A stretch of 64,000 nucleotides of DNA from Candidatus Latescibacterota bacterium (GTDB lineage Bacteria > Latescibacterota > UBA2968 > UBA8231), in assembly GCA_965243025.1 (NCBI GenBank), contig CBDETY010000003.1, positions 6,400,001 to 6,464,000 on the forward strand, in the 5' to 3' direction. The position numbers were made by a program, and so were the translations under genes. Position 1 is the stretch's first letter; the number at the start of each line of letters is the position of its first letter. Shown here one piece after another: positions 58,255-64,000 of this stretch. The notes under the pieces were generated by a model. That model made no database searches. It saw only the letters and a list, made by a program, of their open reading frames with translations, and had not been told where the DNA came from.

Positions 58255-58920
58255 ATGACGATTCGGTGTGCCCGGCCGGAATCGGTGATTTTCGATTTCG
58301 ACTTCACTCTGGCCGATTCTTCGACCGGAACCTGTGAATGCGTGAACCATGCGTTTTCCCGCATGAACCTCGAGCCGGTTTCGACAGTGGAGGTTTCCAA
58401 TACTATCGGAATGTCCCTTGAAAAAACCTTTCGGGCGTTGGCACCCGAGACGGAATGGAACCGCGCCCATGAGTTTTCCGCATTGTTCGTGGAACAGGCG
58501 GACCGGGTCATGGCGGAGATGACTTCGGTTTTTCCTTCGGTTCCGCCCGTTCTCGAGGAGTTGTCCGGCCGCGGTCTGTCTCTGGGAATTGTTTCGACGA
58601 AGTTCCGCTACCGTATACAGGGGATTCTGCAGCGCGAAGGGCTGGAGCGTTTCTTTCAGGTGATCGTCGGCGGCGAGGACGTTTCCACTCACAAGCCCGA
58701 CCCTTCCGGATTGCTTGCCGCCGTGCGTGCGCTGGGCGGTTCCTGTTCCGGCAGCCTGTATGTGGGCGACAGCTCGACAGACGCGGAAACAGCGAAAGCG
58801 GCGGGCGTTCCGTTCGTGGCCGTTCTGTCGGGAACGACCCCGAGAGAGGAATTCCGTGATTCAGGTGCGGTGGGTATCCTGGATGATCTGGGAAAATTGC
58901 CGCGAGTGCTTGGGGATTGA
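58255..58920 (+). CDS. HAD-family hydrolase (phosphoglycolate phosphatase-like)
   Basis: FDFDFTLADS, IVSTK, KPDP, YVGDS..D. Confidence 0.93.
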   Translation: MTIRCARPESVIFDFDFTLADSSTGTCECVNHAFSRMNLEPVSTVEVSNTIGMSLEKTFRALAPETEWNRAHEFSALFVEQADRVMAEMTSVFPSVPPVLEELSGRGLSLGIVSTKFRYRIQGILQREGLERFFQVIVGGEDVSTHKPDPSGLLAAVRALGGSCSGSLYVGDSSTDAETAKAAGVPFVAVLSGTTPREEFRDSGAVGILDDLGKLPRVLGD

Positions 58921-59083
58921 GTCAAACCGAAGAAAGGCAAACAAGCTCTGGTCGCTTAATGCAGAGACTCGACTTCAGCCGGCCGTGGTACCATGGTTCT
59001 CAGCAACCGCTGACAAGACCTTCGCGGAGTGATCTGTATTCAGTAGCGCCAGACAGGTGGAGGAGACCTCTGCACGCCTGAAC

Positions 59084-61720
59084 TCAGCGCTCAGCCAGCT
59101 TCGTCAACGCCGCCAACACCTGAATCCGCGCCCGGTCCGCAAGCCTGCGGTCCACTTTCTCGTTCAGCCAGTGAAAGCCGCCCAGGGGCTGGCCCGAGTC
59201 AATTTCGCCGCCGTGTCCCGCCGCGTCGCAGACTCTCGCCGGCAGGCTCTCCAGCAACCGGCGGGCCTCCTCCAACGCCGGACCCGTCCTCCCCCGGTCC
59301 GACGCCTTCCGGATGGCCCGGTCCAGCATCGCGAAATACTCGTAGTCCTGCACCCCTTCCCGCGCCGCCTCGAGGTGTTTCCCGGCTGTCACCGAGTCCT
59401 CGTCAATGAAGATCGGCGAGTACGCATCCTTGATGGTGAGATACTCGTTCCACGATGAGGCTCCGCCCGTATCGGTCAGCGACCACATGTAGATGGCAGT
59501 CGCTCCATAACGCCAGCTCGTCCACGCCATGAGGCGGGCGGCGTACGGATCGAAGACGCGGCCCGTCAACGCCGTGTAGAACTCCAGCCCGGTCCCCTGA
59601 TCCCGCTTCTTCAGGTAGTAGTCGCGGTACTCCTGGCCCTGTACCAGGAAGGACACGTAGTTCGGGCACAGGACGTGGCAGGCATCGATCATCGCCTGAT
59701 TCGCCCGGTCCATGTCCCGGTGGGTGGTATCCTCCCAGATGCGGATTCCCGTGTCCGCCTCGCGGATGGGCTTCGCCCACGCCAGGATGCGCTCGTCCAT
59801 CCACGGCTCGTCGGGCTCGTCCACCAGGAGCAGCCCGAACTGTTCCGGCTGCAATCCCTTCGCCTTCATGTGCTCCGCCCAGAACGTCACCCACGCTTTC
59901 ACCGCAGTGTCGAACTCCGGCGTGCCCATGGGCCACGAATCGAAGCGATCGCCCACTTTCGCGAACACGAGGTACTGCGCCGCATCGGGCCACAACCGGA
60001 TCCAGGCATCGAAGTAGCCGGTGGCGGGCCGCGCCGTCATCGCCCCCTGCGCATCATGGGTGCCCCGCGGCAGCGCCAGCTTGAGAGCCCACGGCGAGTC
60101 GACGAGGTGTTCGCGCAGGTGCTCGACGATCGCGGGCCGGTTCTGCTCCGTCAGAAAGGGGAAGTGGCCGACCCGGTCCGTGTAGTCCCATCCGCCAAAG
60201 TGAAGCGACTGCTGCTCCGGGAAATCCAGCGGATACAGGTGCATGCGCAACGGAAACCGCTTGCCTCCGGGCACGGACTCGACGACGACCTCCCCTTCAT
60301 GCGAGCCCGGTTCAATGTCGACCGGATGGAAGGTCAGCCACACCTGCCGCGTCATCCCCGAGGGCACGTTCACCCTGTACAGATTGTCCTCGGCAGCAAC
60401 CTCGGGCAGGGCCGCGGCCACCGGCACCCCGCTCCGGGTGTCGGTCCAGGCCACCTCGTGAACGGTCACATACTCCGGATTGTCGCCTCCGGGAAGCCCG
60501 CTCAGGCGGAAGGTGACCTCCATCGGTTCATCACTGCTGTTGCTGACGTTGAAGGCGGCCGCGCGGTACTCCCTGCGCATCAGGTGTACCTCGACGGCCA
60601 GCTCCGCCGCCCTGTCCGGCATGCCGACGAGGGGGAGGGGATCCCACAGGTTCGAACGCCAGAACGCCAGCGGCTCCAGGCCCCCGGCGCGCCACAGCCA
60701 TGCCTGCGTGCGCAACACCCGTTCGTGCCACGCGTTCAGGGGCAGAACGGCCCGAAAGTCGTCCCCGAAGGCGGTGGCCGTCCCCGACTCCGCTTCCACG
60801 GCGGCCAACTCGCCGAGCACGGCACTCCTCGTCCGGGCCGGGACACCTTCTTCTTCCGCCGCCTCTCTCAGGGCCCGGATGTCGCGGACAAGACGCGTCC
60901 GAATCCCTTTCTGGATGGCGATCCGGTTCGCATAGGTCTCCACATCTGCGATGCCGGGCCCCGGCAGCGGCTCGTTCACCCACTCCGGGTCGCCGGCGTA
61001 TACCTCGATCTCGTCGACGAAAGTGTAAGGCTCGTTCCACACCACCAGGCTGACATAGCGTCCCTGCGTCCGCAACCGGTCCGTCCAGTACCGATAGGTC
61101 CCGTACCCGGCAGCGCGCTGTTCGTGGAGATCGCGGATGATTCTCTCGCGCAGTTCGGGCGTGACCTGGTCCTGCGAGTACCGGTCCCGGTGCCGGTCGA
61201 AGTGGTCATGTATCTCCGCCTCGGTGAAACGCATCCCTTCACGGGCCCACATGGCATCGCTCGCCTTCTCCGGTACGGGCGGGCCGTGCTGCTGCGCGCT
61301 CAACTCCACCAGGTCCCCGATCTCGTGGAACTCCCTGTCTTCACCCGCGGTGAGGATGCGGATCGTCAGCGGCCACCTCACGTCCGCGAACCCCGCCGCC
61401 GTGCTGAAAGAGACTCCCCGTATCGGCTTGACGGTACCCAGGTCCAGCGTCAGGATCGAAGGCGTCCTCTCCTGCCACCCCACCGTCGACAGCTGCGTCC
61501 AGAAATAGCCGTCCGTGTACACGCCGTCCGTCAGTTGCCCGGTGTCGCCGGGGTCGGTGCACAGACCGTAGTTCGGCCCCGGCTCCAGCGTGCAGGTCGC
61601 CCCGAGCGCGATGTTCTCGCCCGGACGGTCGGCCAGGCGCGCCCCGGGTTGCCCTGGGGCTGCCGCCGTGCCCCTGGCCAACGCCAGTGCCAACGCTGCC
61701 GCTGCCAACGTCCATTTCAT
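59084..61720 (-). CDS. Large secreted protein: discoidin-like N-terminal domain plus DUF4091/GH123-like region
   Basis: Signal peptide; NIALG..QLTDG...LDLG..KPI; FVDEIEVY; LVDEP; AAREGVQDYEY..ML. Confidence 0.72.
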   Translation of the reverse strand: MKWTLAAAALALALARGTAAAPGQPGARLADRPGENIALGATCTLEPGPNYGLCTDPGDTGQLTDGVYTDGYFWTQLSTVGWQERTPSILTLDLGTVKPIRGVSFSTAAGFADVRWPLTIRILTAGEDREFHEIGDLVELSAQQHGPPVPEKASDAMWAREGMRFTEAEIHDHFDRHRDRYSQDQVTPELRERIIRDLHEQRAAGYGTYRYWTDRLRTQGRYVSLVVWNEPYTFVDEIEVYAGDPEWVNEPLPGPGIADVETYANRIAIQKGIRTRLVRDIRALREAAEEEGVPARTRSAVLGELAAVEAESGTATAFGDDFRAVLPLNAWHERVLRTQAWLWRAGGLEPLAFWRSNLWDPLPLVGMPDRAAELAVEVHLMRREYRAAAFNVSNSSDEPMEVTFRLSGLPGGDNPEYVTVHEVAWTDTRSGVPVAAALPEVAAEDNLYRVNVPSGMTRQVWLTFHPVDIEPGSHEGEVVVESVPGGKRFPLRMHLYPLDFPEQQSLHFGGWDYTDRVGHFPFLTEQNRPAIVEHLREHLVDSPWALKLALPRGTHDAQGAMTARPATGYFDAWIRLWPDAAQYLVFAKVGDRFDSWPMGTPEFDTAVKAWVTFWAEHMKAKGLQPEQFGLLLVDEPDEPWMDERILAWAKPIREADTGIRIWEDTTHRDMDRANQAMIDACHVLCPNYVSFLVQGQEYRDYYLKKRDQGTGLEFYTALTGRVFDPYAARLMAWTSWRYGATAIYMWSLTDTGGASSWNEYLTIKDAYSPIFIDEDSVTAGKHLEAAREGVQDYEYFAMLDRAIRKASDRGRTGPALEEARRLLESLPARVCDAAGHGGEIDSGQPLGGFHWLNEKVDRRLADRARIQVLAALTKLAER

Positions 61721-61894
61721 TCGCTTGTCTCTCGTGGCCTGATTATCGCCCTGAAAAAAAGGGCTGGAAGGTTATCCTGACCGCAATGCTTTGGGAGGCA
61801 TTTTCAGCAAGGAGAACAGCGAAGGGCCCGGATCCCCTGCTCCGGTTTTCCGGCCCTCTGAATCAGCTGCCTTCGTCCGCCCCCGCCTTCTTCG

Positions 61895-63211
61895 CTACAG
61901 GGACACCCCGAACGTCACCGCCATCAAGGTGGCCAGCCCCAGGAAGCTGAGGAACCCCAGCACGTCCGTGACCGTCGTCAGCACGATGGAAGCGGACTGG
62001 GCCGGATCCTTGCCAAGGACCGTGAGAACCACGGGGATGAGCGCCCCGGTCAGGCCCGCCATCGCCATGGAAAAGACCATGGCCGTGCCGATCACCAGCG
62101 GCAACCCCAACGTTCCCGACCAGAGGTAGGCCGCCAGGGAGGTGGTCACCGCCACCGCCACCCCGTTGACCAGCCCGGCCAGCAGCTCCTTGCGGGCGAC
62201 CCGGAACCATGCGCGCGGCCTGAACTCGCGCAGGGCGAGCCCGCGCATGGCCACCGCCAGGGACTGGGCCCCGGTGTTGCCAGCCTGGCCGGCCACCACC
62301 GGGAGAAAGACCGCCAGGGCCGTGAACCGGGCTATGGTGCCCTCGAACAGGGCGACCACCGAGGCGGCGAGAAAGGCGGTGGCGAGGTTGACCTGCAGCC
62401 AGGGCAGCCGCTTGCGCACCGCCAGCCATGGGGGCGAAAGGGCCTGCTCGTCGGCGCCGGCCCCGACCATGGTCTGCAGGTTTTCGGTCGCATCCTGCTG
62501 CACGGCCTCCACCAGGGCGTCGTGGCGGATGATCCCACGCGGCCGGCCCTCGAACCCGACCACCGGCAGGGAGGCCAGCTTGTGGGTCTCGAGCAGCTCG
62601 ACCACTTCCTCCCGGGAGGACATCGCCTGCACGCAGACCGGCGCTCCCCTGGCCAGTGCCCCCAGCCGGTCCCCTGGCTGGGCGACGGCCACTTCCTGCA
62701 GGGGCAGCACCGCGGTCAGCAGCCCGTCGGAGTCGGCGACGCAGAGATCGTGAACGCGCCGCTCCGGGAATGAGCGGATGCGGTCGAGCGCCTCCCCGGC
62801 GGTTTCTTCGGCGCTGAAGACGGTCACCGCGGTGTCCATGAGCCCGCCCGCGGATTCGGCGGGGTAGCTCATCAGCTCCTCCATTTCCCGGGCAAGCCCC
62901 TCAGGCAGGGCGGCGAGGCGGCCGGCGCGGGTTTCCTCCTCCAGCCGCGAAAGGAGGGCGGAGCCGACTCCCGGATCCATCCCCCGCCACAGCCGCCGGA
63001 ACAGGTCGTCCTCCATTCCCTCGACGAGCTCGACCGCCCGGTCCGGGTCGACCCGCTCGAAGACCTGGGGCGCAGCGGCATCTGTCCCGGCTTCGAGCAG
63101 CCGCAGGGCCTCGGGGACGGGAGTGGCGGCCAGGGCCCGGGCCGCCTCGCCGGGGTGGAGGCGGAAGAACTCCTCGATGAGGGCCTGGGATGCCGCGGTT
63201 TCACTGTTCAT
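61895..63211 (-). CDS. mgtE: Magnesium transporter MgtE
   Basis: YPAESAGGLM, CBS pair, RKRLPWL, GQAGNTGAQS, DPAQSASIVLTTVTDVLG. Confidence 0.96.
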   Translation of the reverse strand: MNSETAASQALIEEFFRLHPGEAARALAATPVPEALRLLEAGTDAAAPQVFERVDPDRAVELVEGMEDDLFRRLWRGMDPGVGSALLSRLEEETRAGRLAALPEGLAREMEELMSYPAESAGGLMDTAVTVFSAEETAGEALDRIRSFPERRVHDLCVADSDGLLTAVLPLQEVAVAQPGDRLGALARGAPVCVQAMSSREEVVELLETHKLASLPVVGFEGRPRGIIRHDALVEAVQQDATENLQTMVGAGADEQALSPPWLAVRKRLPWLQVNLATAFLAASVVALFEGTIARFTALAVFLPVVAGQAGNTGAQSLAVAMRGLALREFRPRAWFRVARKELLAGLVNGVAVAVTTSLAAYLWSGTLGLPLVIGTAMVFSMAMAGLTGALIPVVLTVLGKDPAQSASIVLTTVTDVLGFLSFLGLATLMAVTFGVSL

Positions 63212-63289
63212 CCTTACCTCTCTCCTCGGATCGAACCGTTGTGTACAATTGATGGCCTTAAATCAGACCGACACCGGGGAAAATGTCCC

Positions 63290-64000
63290 ATGGAGAAACA
63301 GCCGATCAAGCAGGGTTTCCCAACCTACTACCTGGGGGGTCTGCTGGTCAGGATGAGCGGGAACCACCTCTTCCTGTTGGCCGGCGGCCTCGCCTTCGCC
63401 ACCCTGATTACCCTGGTCCCCCTGGTCTTCCTCGTCTTCCTGGTGCTCGGACTGGTCCTGGACCAGGCTTCCATGGCCCGCCTGATCGACGTGACCCTGC
63501 AGGTGTTCATCCCGTACGAGGAAGAGGCCGCGTTCCTGAAAAAAGTCCTGTTCTCGCGCATCCCCGGCGTCGTCGAGTTCAAGGAGGCGTACGGGGTTTC
63601 CGGCCTGGCGATCCTGCTGTTCAGCGCCAGCGGCCTGTTCAGCAGCATGCGGACCGTGCTCAATGCCGTCTTCCAGGCCTCGGGGAAGGAGGGCAACCTG
63701 CCGGCGAGGCTGTCGGGAAAGGGGACCCCGGAGACTGGTGAGCCGGAGGAGACGGGAGAGGAAACTCCAGAGCGCCGGTTCGGCATCCTGCTCATGGCCC
63801 TTCCCGCCGCGGTGGGCAAGGCGAAGGATATCGCCCTGGTGCTGCTGGCCCTGGGCGCGTTCCTGCTGTCGGTCCTTTCCCTTCCCATTCTCGCCGCGGT
63901 CCTCAACACCGTCCTGTCCCCCCTGCACTCGTACATCGGCTACTTCTACGGCCTCGCCTCCCTGGGCCTGATTTTCGGGGTCTTCCTCGGCCTCTACTGG
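63290..64000 (+). CDS. YihY/virulence factor BrkB family membrane protein (runs off window end)
   Basis: Manual translation from ATG 63290: ..HLFLLAGGLAFATLITLVPLV...LLFSASGLFSSMRTVLNAVF. Confidence 0.88.
   Translation, partial: MEKQPIKQGFPTYYLGGLLVRMSGNHLFLLAGGLAFATLITLVPLVFLVFLVLGLVLDQASMARLIDVTLQVFIPYEEEAAFLKKVLFSRIPGVVEFKEAYGVSGLAILLFSASGLFSSMRTVLNAVFQASGKEGNLPARLSGKGTPETGEPEETGEETPERRFGILLMALPAAVGKAKDIALVLLALGAFLLSVLSLPILAAVLNTVLSPLHSYIGYFYGLASLGLIFGVFLGLYW

Overview
GC-rich bacterial accessory region with about 50 genes; I recognised no rRNA, tRNA, CRISPR array or intact transposase/integrase. Left end (1-12 kb): katG 5' part, then a defence/toxin-antitoxin (TA) cluster. It holds a Hachiman-like PD-(D/E)xK nuclease + Ski2-like helicase pair, an MNT-like/HEPN remnant, hicB with truncated hicA, an intact AbiEi/AbiEii pair and a DUF6036 nucleotidyltransferase pair. 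The rest is a mosaic of catabolic and secreted genes: six PhyH-type Fe(II)/2OG dioxygenases, three enolase-superfamily enzymes, uxuA, two sulfatases, GHL10-like and other glycan enzymes, an internalin-like LRR protein, a FlgD-Ig protein, an ABC-2 exporter and mgtE. This content resembles sponge-associated Latescibacterota/Poribacteria-like bacteria (inference only). Highlights not shown by the ORF track: (1) two UGSC-family genes read through an in-frame UGA with a bacterial SECIS-like hairpin right behind it, one U-S-T-C and one with an unusual vicinal U-C motif; (2) four gene blocks bracketed by degenerate direct repeats of 56-333 bp with no recombinase nearby; (3) several TA toxins truncated, point-inactivated or replaced at an ATG by metabolic cargo genes while antitoxins and operators persist; (4) a lipoprotein with tandem DUF151 nuclease domains. 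Two single-base frameshifts sit beside CCTGG and may be long-read errors. All family assignments are by eye from motifs; no searches were run.
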